Below, piece after piece: positions 24,678 to 38,296 of a stretch of DNA of 64,000 bases; position 1 is the stretch's first letter, and every line of letters begins with the position of its first letter. Location: NCBI GenBank assembly GCA_964016885.1, contig OZ024744.1, forward strand, positions 81,158,001-81,222,000, read 5' to 3'. The notes under the pieces were generated by a model. It did not search any database and was not told the origin of the DNA. It saw only the letters and a list, made by a program, of their open reading frames with translations. The position numbers and the translations under genes are program-made. Source of the DNA: Eledone cirrhosa (lineage: Eukaryota).

Positions 24678-24966
24678 TCAGGATTAAACCAGTATTAAAC
24701 TAGTAAGACTATTATTTAACAGAATACTTGATACTTGAGATAGCAGAGTGTGACTATATTAGAACGAGTTGGGCCTTGGGTGGGATGTAGAAATGAGCTG
24801 GGTGGAGCTGTGATATAGGTCGAAAAGTGCTCTACTACTGTCGTAGGAGCTATGTATATCATGATTAAACCAGTTTTAAACTAGGAAGATCATTATTTAA
24901 CAGAGTACTCAATACTTGGGATAGTAGAGTGTGACTATATTAGAAAGAGTCAGGCCCCGACTCTTC

Positions 24967-24970
<4 letters not shown>
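24678..24970. repeat. About 100-bp direct repeat (24678-24775 / 24858-24955), probable Penelope-type tandem end
   Basis: GATTAAACCAGT.TTAAACTAG.AAGA...AGAGTGTGACTATATTAGAA occurs twice, with a third copy at about 20517-20602. Ends in a small hairpin (AAGAGTCAGGCCCCGACTCTT) related to the 5999/19816 family. Confidence 0.6.
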
Positions 24971-25042
<72 letters not shown>

Positions 25043-25548
25043 AGTGTTCAGTTTGGCTTGAAGCATTGTGGAATATGAAAAATAGTCAGTTTGGAAGCCT
25101 CTACAATGCAGATGGGTAAATCTTCTGGCAACAAAATTCAGTGGCAATAGAAGGAAAAGGAAAACAAACGTAAATAAACATAGAAATCAAACCAGAAACA
25201 GTTACAGTATGAGCAAGACAAGGTCAGCTGACTGGACACTGCCCACAACAGGACAACCTGTCTAAACCATGCTAGCGTGGAAGAACGGATGTAAAACAGT
25301 GGTGATGATGTGATGATGATAAAAGCCTTCCATTATAATTCCATGTAAAAACTTTTATTAAGTTATGTTCCAAATATCAACTTTATAGTGAACAATTTAG
25401 TTATATAGTTAAATACCCCTAATTTTTTTTATTATTGCAGTGACCTACGTTAGAAATATGATAACGAAAGGGTTAATATCATTGTACACATATTTTCAAA
25501 TTTAATATTAAATTTTTCAAAACTATTCATTTTTTAAAATCTTCTTAA

Positions 25549-25898
25549 CCCTTTCATGACCACATTTCTAAAGAAATACAGTCTATTTTAATTAATTAAT
25601 AAACAATTTTGGGGGATTTACTAAAATTATTAATTATTTCAATATTAAGATAGTAACTTAATATAAGGTTCTTATATAAAATTATTTTGGAGGATTTTAA
25701 TTTAAATTGGAAACCTTTAAAATGAGTGGATTTATTTCACAGAACCAGAGCTGCTTTTGGCCAAGTTGGTAACTATAATTGGTAACTTAATGTAAGGTTC
25801 TTATATAAAATTATATTGGGAGATTTTAATTTAAGTTGGAAACCTTTAATTTACTTCATAGAACCAGAGCTGGTTTTGACCAGGTTGGTCATTAAGGG
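25549..25898. mobile_element. piggyBac-like MITE family 2 with an internal tandem duplication
   Basis: TTAA-CCCTTTCATGACCA...TGGTCATTAAGGG-TTAA. About 120 bp is duplicated internally. Confidence 0.8.
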
Positions 25899-26246
25899 TT
25901 AAATTCATTGAAATAATTTAAAACAAATGAAGCAAAACATATGGAATATATTTGTGTAAGAACATCCAAATATCCGTTGTTCTTTGACAGGTGAAAGTGG
26001 GAATTTGGTTCTTTTGTGTTTGGACCCAGTGTGCATATGTTTTACAGACACACAGATAGATCTTGTAATGGAGAAGAGGTATTTTAGACATCTATTCACT
26101 TTGACAGGGTTAAAAATTAAACAAAAACATCCAAGAAAAACAAAATAAATAATTAAAAAACAACCATATCAAGCTACCAAGATAAACCAATCGATCTAAC
26201 TCTCTACAATTTGTTCTAAATTCACTGTTCTTGATTGAACAGTTAA

Positions 26247-26454
26247 CCCTTTAGCATTTAAACCGGCTGTATCCAGCCAGAATTCTCTCACTTCTTTCTG
26301 TTCAAACTGGCTGTAACAGACCACTCATACTTATGTTAAGGTATTGTTCTCAAAATAAATAACATCAAAATCTCATAGAATTGATATTATGGGAGATAAA
26401 ACCTTTACCATGAAAATATAATAGCAAATATAGAATAATGTAAATGCTAAAGAG
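26247..26454. mobile_element. piggyBac-like MITE family 1 (opposite orientation)
   Basis: TTAA-CCCTTTAGCATTTA...TAAATGCTAAAGAG-TTAA. Confidence 0.9.
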
Positions 26455-27504
26455 TTAAACCATTTTGTTGAGAAAAGTCATAGCAACATGGACTGAATCC
26501 AGTAAACTGCAAATATGGTTTTACTGGATGGATTAATAAATAATAAAAAAAAGATATATATATATAATCTAAATCAACAATATAAGTCAATAATAAAGGA
26601 TCTGAACTAAGTATATAAAAGAATAAAACTAAATACTGCAATCATTTTACTTTTGTACTTTATTGTCTCAGCTATCTTCCCAACCACCCCACCCCACCAA
26701 ATGAAATTTTCCGGTTTTTTTTTTTAAATAGTTACCTTTAGTTTATACCGAGGGGAAAATTGATAAAGAGAAAGATGTATAAGAAATGCTAAGTTAAGAT
26801 GGAGTACTACAACTATACAGTCTTGAATTCGAACCTAACTACTATATAGCTTTTATGCTGTAAGAATAGATTGACATATATATATAGCTGCAAATGAGGT
26901 TGGTGTTAGGAAGGGCATCCAGCTGTAGAAATCAAGCCAAAATCAGTTCTGTACGAGTACGATACGGTCACCTGACCAAACTTGCCTCAAATGGGAAAAA
27001 CCCATCTAAGCTATGTTAGCATGGAAGATGGACGTTAAACGATGATGATGATGATAACTGCTTGTCCCAGATGTTAACAAAGTCCTTTACCTTATAGCAA
27101 AGCTCATTAACAACAGACACCAGTTACATAAAGCCAATTACCTGTTATGAATGTACATGTCTGCAAATTTCACAACCCCTCTGATCCAATATCTGCACAG
27201 GAGAGATAAGTTTGCCCTCACCACAATTTCCTTTCTTCTGTAAAAGGGATCATAACCCAAAACCCCACCCCGAAATATCATGAAATATTAGATAAAAAGT
27301 GTAAACTGATATTTTGTTTGTCTTACTTTAATGTTATTTCTAACTTGCATTGTACTGACTTTCCCCAAGTAATTCTATATATATTTCACAATGCTTCATA
27401 CAAACTATAATCGGCTTATCTCAGATGTCAACAAATTCCTTTGTAGTTTACTGACTGGTTGGTGAAAACAACAACATTCAGCTGTAAAAATATTTTCTAT
27501 AATA

Positions 27505-27902
27505 ATAAGGCTTTCTGATTTAGGCACAAGGCCAACAATTTTTGAGAAGAGGAAAGTTGATTAAATCAACCCCAGTGTATTACTGGTACTTTATTTTATC
27601 AACCCCATAAGGATGAAAGGTAAAGCTAACCTTGATGCAATTTGAACTCAATAATAATAATAATAATTGTTTCTACTTTAGGCACAAGGCCAGCTATTTG
27701 AAGGGGAGGAGAAAGTCAATAAAATCGACCCCAGTGCATTACTGGTATTTTATTTCATAGATCCCGTAAGGATGAAAGACAAAGCTAACCTCGGTGGGAT
27801 TTGAACTCAGAATGTAAAGGGTCATAACTATATGCTGCGAAGCATGGTGTCTGACATTCTACCGATACAGAGATTCTACCGATACTGCCAATCCACCACC
27901 CT
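27505..27902 (-). mobile_element. Two tandem family B SINEs within (AAT)n tracts
   Basis: Nin-like domain occurs twice. Head ends CAATCCACCACCC, followed by (AAT)n at 27905-27948. Confidence 0.88.
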
Positions 27903-27951
<49 letters not shown>

Positions 27952-29300
27952 TAATTAATTAAAATAATCCTTCTTACTCATCAATGAAACAAAAAGGAAA
28001 ATGGATGTAGAGAAACAAAATACATAAATAAAATGAACTTAAATATATAAAACAAGTGGTAGAAAAAAAATGTACACAGTAAAATAAAATATAAACAAAC
28101 AATTGATTGACGAAATGTGAGAATACTTTTGGTAAAACAAAACAAAAAACAAACAAAACATTACATAAAATTTATAAATAAAAAGATAGAATATGTTCTT
28201 GCATGGTTGAAGAAGTTTTTTTTTTTTTTAATGCTAATAGAGTTAATTTCTAACAGATTTTGTGAGTTATTTTTTATAAAGGGGAAATATATCATCATCA
28301 TCATTTCCATTGTTTCATATCCCATTTCCCAGCTACATATATATATATATATAGTTGTGAGAAAAGAAAGAAAGAAAAGAGCAATCAACAAATTCTTCTT
28401 ATTGTTTTACTTTTCTTATAAGTATTTGATAATTTAGACATGTTTTCATCTTGAAACCCTTGGTAGTGCAGAGTTAACCTTTAGCACACTAGTAATATTT
28501 ATGAGTTGTTTCCCCTTGACCCTTATGAGTTGTTTCCCTTGACCAACCATTATGTCAAGCAGTTTTGGCTTGTGTTCAACAACCCCTTTCAAGAGTGTAC
28601 TTGAAAAAGGTTGCTGAACACAATCCGAAACAGCTTGGCATAATGGTCAAGTTTACCCCCCCTCTCTCTACACACACATATATACATACATATATATGCA
28701 CACACACACAAACACACATCTATCTGTCTTTAAAATACCAGCCATAAACTCCTTGCAAGATTCTGATTGGAGAAAAAAAAAAAGACCTTACACCCAACAA
28801 AAATCTGGCTTCCAACTAAACCATAAACATTCTAACCCCATTTGTATTACACATGAAATAATTACCTAGGCATAGGTGAGGAAGTATGTGTAACAGCCAG
28901 AGACAATAAAGGAGTTTGGTGCAATGTGTGGTAGAACGAACTCTGTACTAAGTTAAAATTCAAGGGAATATTAGGAAAACTGTATAACTAAGATGCTAAG
29001 ATACAAAGCTACCCCCAAGGAAGATCTGGTCAGTATTGTTGCTCCTTTTGGTAAGTTCTCTGCATCAGTCCCACAGGTACAACATTTAGTATATTTGTTT
29101 TTCAGTGTGTAAGGATGATTGTGTTAATATGTGAGGAAATTAAACTGCAAATGTTTGCTGTTGACTGAAACCAAATTATCTGCAGCAATAGTGTGAAAAT
29201 GACCAGCTTGAACAGAGTAGGTTTAAAAAATAGACAGAAAACTTGATGATAACATTTCAGCTAACAAAATAGAAAGATCTCAACAAATCATGAATGCAAG

Positions 29301-30148
29301 TTTCTGGTGTGTTTTGTTTGTAATACATGTTCAAGATGATGCAACAACAACCAGTGCAATCTTAAGGCATAGGTACACTTGGCAAGAGGCTTGAAAATCT
29401 GAATGATGTCTCTGACTGCAAGTTGATCTGGACCAAGTGTATGTCTACCATCTACAACAGAGCTGTGTAAAAGCATTGAGTAGTGCAAAAAGTTGTAAAT
29501 AATTTGAATCAAAGCACAGAGGTAAAATATCATATGGTATCTATAACATATATCCTTATTAGTATCTTTTATTTGAAATATGATGGCAAAAGGGTTAATG
29601 CAAGAAAAACATAACTCTTCACTATTGATAATAATTGAGAAAATTGGGCCTATCTAATTTACTAAATTTTCTTTATTATTTAAAGCAATTGACTGTTATT
29701 ACAGTTATTTTCTGCATTTCGGACTAACATTTTCAAATTTCAAATGCTCTCAGAACTTCAATAAGGTTTATATGAAAATATTTCTAAATACTTTATATTT
29801 GAATCAATGAGACAGAAAGAATATACAATGTTCTTATTACAGACATTGTTGATATATATATGGTTATAGTTAGGACCATCCTACCAGTATTATAGGCCTC
29901 TAGGTAAAGTAATGCAGCAAGGCCCCTGCAAAAATAGGTATATATTGGGCTCCTAGATCCATGGTGCACCTGGGTTAAGCAATGTACTGGGGTCTCTATA
30001 TACACAACCATAGCACACAGAGATTAGTATTGGGGCCCCTAGATCTGGTGGGTCTCTGGGCAACTGCCAAGTGTACCCATGCCTTAAGATTGCACTGATT
30101 GTTGTTGCATCCTTTTGAACATGTATTACAATCAAAACACACCAGAAA
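29301..30148. mobile_element. 848-bp element with about 84-bp terminal inverted repeats (hAT-like inner ends)
   Basis: 29301-29384 is the inverted complement of 30065-30148. Inner ends CAGTGCAATCTTAAGGCAT, with GGGGCCCC-like subterminal motifs. Confidence 0.7.
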
Positions 30149-32217
30149 AAAGTAGAACTGACCTTTGACTTTTTATTTAGTCCACCACAAAGCAGTACAT
30201 TTGTTGACTGTAAAACTACTTTTGAAAATATTCAACAATTTGGAAGGATTTAAGTAATATAACTAACTTTCTCATTATTTAGTTGGTGTTTGGAACATAA
30301 CATAACATAAAGGTTTTTTCACTTAAGATCAATAATAATTTAATCATTGGAGCTTTTTCTCTTCCTTCAGAAAAATTAAGAATGTCATTGCATGTTATCA
30401 TTGATAAGTATCGTTAACCCTTTTGATACCAACCCAGCTAAAACAAGCTCTCATCCTATGAAAAGAAAAACTCATCCATTTTAAAGGGTTACTATTTATT
30501 TAAATTAATATCTTTCTACATAATTTTATAGAACTTTCATCATCGTCATTATCATTTTAAACTTCACCATTTAACGTCCATTTTTCCACGCAAGCATGGG
30601 TTAGACGAGTTATCCCACTGTGAAAAAAGCCAGATCAGATGATTGTGTCTTGCTCATACTCATACTGGCTTGGTTTCTACGGCTGGATGCCCCTTCTAAT
30701 ACCAACCATTATGTTACGTTACTATCTTAGTAAAATTAAATAATATATAATTTTAGTAAATCTCTAAAAATTCTTCATTTATTAATTAAAACTGAATATA
30801 TTGTTTCATTAGAAATATACAGTTTAAGAGTTAAGTTCACTTCACAACTAAAGCTGTTTCAGGTTCAACTCCACTCCATAGAACTACTACTACAACTATT
30901 ACAGCTACTATACCTTTGAGTTGGGACCAAAGCATTGGAAGTGAAATTTGGTAGACGAAAACTGTGAAAACTAATGGAGAGGTCATCAGATTTAACATTT
31001 CCACCACTGTGATTAATTCTTGCGCACCGTTTTTTTAAAAAATATCTAGGCCATACCTCTTGCTTAAGTAATCTTTCTCCCTCCCACTAATATTGCAGGC
31101 TCTAAAAAGAGTCATGGGTGCAACCCTTCCTTCATTGACTATGAGATAAAATATAACTCCTTCATAAAATTGGAATAACAGCAGCCAGTCTGAGGAAGGA
31201 GCTTCATGAGGTGGGTCGGCTGTTGTAGCGAGTGTCGCTGGCCATAGCCAGCACATAACTCTGATTTAAGTGTAAAGTCTGTCACCCTCTCCCCTTTCTT
31301 TCTTTCGTTGCCTAATAATCCTTGCCCTTTTCCTCTTTGTCCTCTCATTTATAGTATTTATAGTCCTTTCTAATACTACTTTCTTTTTCTATGTTTGACT
31401 AAAATTAAATTCTTAATATGAGAAAGATATATAAATGAAAAAAAAAAATTAAAAACAAAAAATACTGGTTCAACAAACTGTTGATTAATTTAACCATTTT
31501 AATAACACAGTGCTCAAAACTGCCTCTGGTCCTAAGCTGTTCTAATACCAGGTTGTTTACTTTAAAATGCTAATATTTGCTTGCCTAAAAACCTTCCACC
31601 ATAATTTTATGTAAGAATTTTTCTTAAGCTATTTTCCAAAACACCAGCTTAATAACGAGAAAGTTAGTTATATTACTAAATTTCATCAAATTCTTGACTG
31701 TTTCAAAAATTATAGGTAATGTCTTTCATTAGAAATGAAAGAGTTAATGGCTCAAAATTTAATTGGTTTAAGAGTTTTTCTTGTTTGTTTAGATGTGGTG
31801 TGCATGTATATATCTGAGTGTGTATGCATACACAGGTAAATGTATATTAGAGACATATACCATACAGAATTCTAATGTAAACATTAACCAAAAATATGGC
31901 TCACAGAACTGTCAATTAATTTCATCAATTTAAAAAAAATCCACATAGGAGAAATGTCTAAAAATATAATTAAATTAAAATTTAAAATAAAATAAGAATG
32001 TGATTTACACTAACTAAGAAATTTATTTGTTTGAAAGTAGATGTTTTAAATAATGTGCTAGATAAATCTGTGAGTTGATAATTTAATATTTATTATATCA
32101 TCATCATCATTATTATTATTACTATTGTTTATAAAGCTGTTACTAAAACTATTATTATTATTTCTTTGCTCAGCTTCTGAATGTATTAGTGTTAACTTTT
32201 CACTATCAATGAGTATT

Positions 32218-32266
32218 TTTCGAGTACTCTTTGGAGTATTCGAGCTGTTCCAAGCAATGGTGTTTT
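32218..32266 (-). mobile_element. Tiny 3' ORF fragment of a Dong/R4-like LINE within (GAT)/(AAT) repeats
   Basis: Minus translation KTPLLGTARILQRVLE matches the KTALLGTARILRxVL C-terminus typical of Dong/R4. Confidence 0.55.
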
Positions 32267-32935
32267 TATCATCATCATCATCATCATCATTATCATCACC
32301 ACCACCATCATTATCATTAACAAATGTTACTTTTCCTTTAATATTTACATTAATTTATGAAAACACTTTCCAATTAAAAACAAATAAATAATATATGATA
32401 TTCTCTCAAAGTAAATAATAATAATAAAAAAAAACAAAAAAAAAAACATTGGTGCTTGTGTATGTGTGCAGGGAGGAAGAGGAGAGGGTAATAAATTAGC
32501 AGAAGGCAAAAAAAAAAAAATCTTCCAAAACTTCCATCAGCTTTTAAGAAATTCATTTTTTTAAAAAAGAAATAATTTATGAAATGATTGGAACAGAAAC
32601 GATAGAAAACAATACATTTCATTCAATTACACCCAAAAAACTCTTTTTGATTTAAAAAAAGAAAATCCACATTACATTTTTTTTTCTTGAAGGGATATCT
32701 TATTAAGTTCCTTACCGAGGCAAGGAACACACAAAAGAATTAGACTCCATATAACTTAATTAGAATATATATGTTTTGAAATATTATTATCATTATTTTC
32801 TTACTATAACCATCATCAATATTTATCAACTTCATTATTAATATTATTATTTTTATTATCATCATCATTAATATTACAACTGCTGCTTTTGTTTTTATCA
32901 TTTAATATTAAAGAAAAAAATGTTTTAAAAGTAAA

Positions 32936-33742
32936 ATGATTTCTAATTTCGGCACAAGGCCAGCAATTTGAAGGAAAGGTAAAGTCAATTAAATTGACCC
33001 CAGTAACATAATTGATACTTTATTTTATCGATTCCAGAAGGATGAAAAAATAAAGTTGACCTCGACAGGATTTGAACTCAGAAAGTAAAGTGCCGTCACT
33101 AAATGCTGCTTAACATTTTGTCTGGTGCTCTAACGATCTGCCAAACCACTGCCTTTCCTTAATTCATAACAATTGTTTCTACTTTTGGCACAAGGCCAGC
33201 AATTACCCCAGTGTATTACTGGTACTTTCTTTTATCAACCCCGTAAGGATGAAAGGCAAAGTTAACCTCAGCGGGATTTGAACCCAGAATGTAAAGGGTC
33301 ATAACTCTGTGCTGCAAAGCATGGCGCTTGACGCTCTACCAATACTGCCAATCCACCGCCCAATTGCCTAATAATATAATGGTTTCTGATTTAGGTAGAA
33401 GGCCAGCAATTTTAGGGGAGGAGAAAGTCAATTACATCGACCTCAGTGAATGACTGGTACTTTATTTTATTGCCCCCCGTAAGGATGAAAGGCAAAGCTA
33501 ACCTTGGCAGGATTTGAATTCAGAACGTAAAGGGCCATAACTCTATGTCGCAAAGCATGGTGTTCGACACTCTACTGATACTGCCAATCCACCGCCCTTA
33601 AATCCTCGATTTATAACAATTGTTTCTACTTTTGGCACAAGGCCAGCAATTACCCCCCCACTGCATTACTGGTACTTTATTTTATCGACCCCGTAAGGAT
33701 GAAAGGCAAAGTTAACCTCGGCGGGATTTGAACTCAGAACGT
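32936..33742 (-). mobile_element. Head-to-tail array of four family B SINEs
   Basis: Copies at about 32936-33155, 33170-33361, 33378-33597 and 33617-33742. Confidence 0.9.
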
Positions 33743-34465
33743 AATGCCAAGCAACTAGTGTTTCTACTTAATAATCACAACAGTATGGATAGACAATATT
33801 GTTCTAGAAAATGAAAGCGCTGTGGCCCACAAAATGAAATAGGATTCACATTTCGGGAGACTGTGATTTCCTTGGACATATTGATATTGATATTTCTCTC
33901 ATAAGAATTTTTTTTTTTTTTGGATTAGATGTTCCATTAGTATGACCAACTTCAAACACACATAATAAAGACATCTTTTCTCATGAAACAGAGCATCTAC
34001 ACAAGTTTGGTTGATGAAATTATTTTCTTCAGAATTATGTTTCATGCATACAAATAAAAAGAAAAAGGAAAAAAAAAATAGAAATATAAAAAGGAAGAAA
34101 TACATGCATATATACATATATACACGCAAACACACACACGCACACACATACAAATTTATGCATGCATCTTTTATGCTTTCTTTACCTTGTTTACAATAGT
34201 GCTTTCAAACACATTCAAAGCATGCATCTCACTTATATGCAGTCTCAGGCTTGACTATATACTATAAACATGACCATTGTTTTATCTTTTAGTTTAAGAC
34301 AACCATCAAGGTTGAGAATACTTGTAATATACAAGAAGTTAAATTCTCATCAGTAAGTATTTTCTTTTTTCTCTTTCTTATTCTGTTTTAATATAAACTA
34401 AACTTTGTTTGTTTGGATGCGATGGGATTGTGATTTTGTTAAGAAAAAAAGTCATGAAAAGTTTC

Positions 34466-34520
<55 letters not shown>

Positions 34521-34673
34521 TGTGCACGCGCATAGGAGTGCATATGTATGTGTATATACTGACACACACACACACACATATATACTATATATATATATAC
34601 CATATATATATATCATGTACATATATATATACACACACACACATACGCACGCACACGCACACACACACACACC

Positions 34674-34707
<34 letters not shown>

Positions 34708-35531
34708 ATCTAATCCAGTCAGCTGAAAATAATATAACACATTTCTTCAATTGGCCATGACAAAATGAAAAAAAAAAACAAAAAAAACATTGACAATAAC
34801 AAGTGATGTTAGATAATGGCAAAATAATTCACAACTCCCACTGGCCCCATGATGATATTGTGTGACTTTAAGCATTGGTCAAGAGGAAGGAAAATAAAAA
34901 AAATCATTTTGTGAATTTCAAGGGGAAATAACTACCAGGATATTTGGAAACCAATACTCTTTGTCCCCCCACCCCTCTCTCACACACACACATACACATA
35001 TATATATATTCACACAAACTAAACTTAGGAAACCAAAGGGGAAAATAATAAGATGCATACACACGCGCACATACTCTCTGTCTACCTCACACTCACACAC
35101 TTACACACACACACACACACACATTCACGCAAACTTAAACTTGAGTGAATGTATGCACACAATTCAAAGTAATGAATGCATTTATGCACATAAACCCTCA
35201 CACACTTGTCAACATATATGCATCTACACTATTTGCCACTAGCACATGCATACAATACATGTATGCATGTGCACTATTTGCTAGCAGCACAGGCGTTCAA
35301 TATATGTATGCATGTGCACTCTAGAAATGATATTATCAATGTCAATCCAACATGACCAAATGAAGAAATATGTTGATATTAAACATGGAAACTTAGCTTT
35401 GACCAAATAGCTCAAGCTGACCGAATTGAATTATTTATATTCTAACTTCTGGTATTGAGTATATTTTTGTCCATTTGTTATCACATACACCGACACACAA
35501 ATATATATGGGTGTGGGTGTGTGTATATATG

Positions 35532-35594
<63 letters not shown>

Positions 35595-36165
35595 GGATAC
35601 ATGTTAGTGTGTAAATATGTATACAAAAATCAACATATCAACAGAAAAGTACTCAATGCAAGAAGTAAGAAGTAGAATGATGAAATAATTTATTATAAAT
35701 AGCTGAATCAAGTACGCTTATGCTTTGGATTTTCTCCTTTTGTTTACCAGAAAAATACTAAATGTCATATATAAGCAGTTTGGTTCTCCTCCAAAATATT
35801 CCCAAAACGGTCCAAGTTATCTTACTGCTTGGTCGGAATAGTGTAATAGTTGGTACATGGTTGTTAAAAGTATTGCTAAGTATTTAAAGATCAACGAATA
35901 TGGTTATAACAAAATATAATACAAATTTATTATTATACTGTGTATGTGAATGATGTGTGTGTGTGTGTGTTTCTGTATGTATATATATATATACATGTGT
36001 GTGTTCGTACTGCAATCTTTGTTATTGTTTTTGTTTTTTTACTTCTCTCTCGCTCTCTCTCTCTCTCTGGTAGGTATGGGCGACTGCTGGTCCTCCACAA
36101 ACGATCTTGCTTGAACTTGTGCCTCGGAGGGGAACTTTCTATGGTCATTTGTGACCAAAGAGGGT

Positions 36166-36197
<32 letters not shown>

Positions 36198-36198
<1 letters not shown>

Positions 36199-36289
36199 CC
36201 CCCCCAAAACTATACACACTTCAACAGCATCCTAATAAATATTGCCTGTACAGGTAACCAAAGTATGTATACATTTTGGAGACACCCTA
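36198..36289. mobile_element. About 100-bp Tc1/mariner-type MITE (partial)
   Basis: CCAAAA.T.TATACACACTT...TGTATACATTTTGG.GACACCCT. Same family at 39656, 61361 and 63826. Confidence 0.75.
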
Positions 36290-37119
36290 TATATATATAT
36301 ATATATATTTAAAAACTCCTTGTAGTTTTATCATTAAAGAAAAAGAACAAGAAAGGATCATTGTTCTTTTTCTTTAGCAAAAAAAAAAACAAAAACAAAT
36401 CAATAAACTATCTGTTTGGTTGAACTCTTATTTTTTTAAATGAATCACACCCTAAGTTATTCAGGACTCTATGTTATTAAAACAAAATTAATTTTCAGTT
36501 ACAGTTGAAGATATATTCATCATGGAATATAATGGTACACAAATTGATCAAAACATGTTTTGGATTTGAAATCAAAGAACTAAACATTTTTTCAAATAAA
36601 CTAGAAAATATTTAAGTTTGTTACCACTACAATCAGTAGTAGAATAGTTGTCAGCTTTAAGTATGAGATACATAATTTTTCTGTTCCACAATGAAAACTT
36701 CCTCAATTATAACTGTTCATAGTTCATTTAAAATGTTTTTAAACTGAACAGATAGTGAATTAATTTTTCTAAGAAAAAAAACCAAAAAAACTTCACACAT
36801 TCATTTGTCTATTTTCTTTACAACATAAATCCGGAAACTCTGAATAAACATGTTTTAAAAAAATGTTAATATTAATTTGGAATGTAATAATTTTCTTATA
36901 ATCATAATTACATTGATCTTTGAATATTTCTAGCAGTAATCCTTCTTCCTTTTACCCATAATTCCTAGAGGAATTGTAGAGGTGCCAAAGTGACATATGG
37001 TGTTTCTTTGGTAATTTTTAAAAACCTGGCAGAGCCCACCCCTTCTGAACACAGCCGATTTCTTCCAGAGATGGAGAGATTTAGTGATAGAGAGAAGAAG
37101 TGAGAAAGAGATATAGAAA

Positions 37120-37285
37120 AAAGAATTGACTCTAGTACTTGACTAGTACTTTTTTAACCATTTCGAAAGGACGAAAGGCAAAGTTAACCTCAGCGGAATT
37201 TGAACTCAGGAGTACAGAGAGACAGAATGAATATCCCAAAGCATTCTATCTGATGTTCTAAAGACTCTACCAATTCGCTGCCCCT
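37120..37285 (-). mobile_element. Family B-like SINE
   Basis: AAAGGACGAAAGGCAAAGTTAACCTCAGCGGAATTTGAACTC...CAATTCGCTGCC. Confidence 0.75.
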
Positions 37286-37881
37286 TGACAATTGTCATGC
37301 GATGACTATTTCATCACTATTCTATTATTCTAACCAACTAATCAACGAACATGAGTGTTTCCAAATGTATTTTTGAGAATCAAACTAGTTATTTATAACA
37401 TTTTCTATTGTTTGATGAATCGAAAGGAGAATCCTTTAAGTTAAAATTGTACAGTCTCAGTTATTTATAATAAAAATTTCTATGTTTAAATTAAAAATAA
37501 AAAAATAAATTAGATGAAAAGATTTATGGGGAGATGAGTTTTAAATATATTTAAAAAAAAAAAGAAAAAAAAGCAGTTTATAGCTGTCTTAATTACTAAC
37601 TATATGCAACACCAGTCTTACAGAAAAGACTGAATGTTGTAAACAGTGTTAGTATTTCTCTTATATAATTCCTATACATATTCTTTCACTATATGTCATT
37701 TTTTGTGTTTATTATCATTAGTGGTATAATACAAAGTGATGATGGTAGGAAAAAGAAAAATACAACAGATTCTTTTCTGTATTTTTTCTTTTCTTTTCTT
37801 TCAAAAAATGGTCAAAGTTTATAGAATAGATGGATCTACCATCTAAAGATTTGATTAGTGCTGCCATCTTTAATGTTATAT

Positions 37882-37942
37882 TCATTCCAGCAATGAATTA
37901 TCTTCAACATCCATCATTGCAAGATTCAATCTTTCCGAAAAG
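37882..37942 (-). CDS. Possible terminal coding exon of an unidentified host gene (FSERLNLAMMDVEDNSLLE*)
   Basis: Very strong acceptor on the minus strand: a pyrimidine tract of over 40 nt ending TCTTTGCAG at 37943. A protein-like 19-codon frame runs to TGA, followed by TE-poor AT-rich sequence. No homology recognised. Confidence 0.35.
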
Positions 37943-38222
37943 CTGCAAAGAGGAGAAAAAAGAGAGAAAAAAAAAAAAAGAGAAAAAAGACAGTACAAGA
38001 AACCAAAAATATATAGAGGTATTGGGAGATTAAAAAAAAATCAATAAAAAATATACAAAAAAAATTACAATTAATTGAAAGCATTATTTAACGACAAAAC
38101 AAGAATTTATATACATCACCAGGCATGAAAGATAAAATTTAACAAATGGGAAAGATAAAAATTATCAATTTTGTTCTTCATGTTTGATTCATTAGTATTA
38201 TTATTTGTTATATAAACACTCT

Positions 38223-38296
<74 letters not shown>

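Noticed and set aside
27141-27191. 51-nt minus-strand micro-exon (YWIRGVVKFADMYIHN) with AG/GT-like borders
   Set aside because: No recognisable homology; such signals arise by chance in 64 kb, and it may be TE-derived.
32060-32340. Stop-free N/D-rich frame on the minus strand as a host exon
   Set aside because: Explained by (AAT)/(GAT) repeats around a Dong/R4-like fragment in another frame; no start codon or good acceptor.
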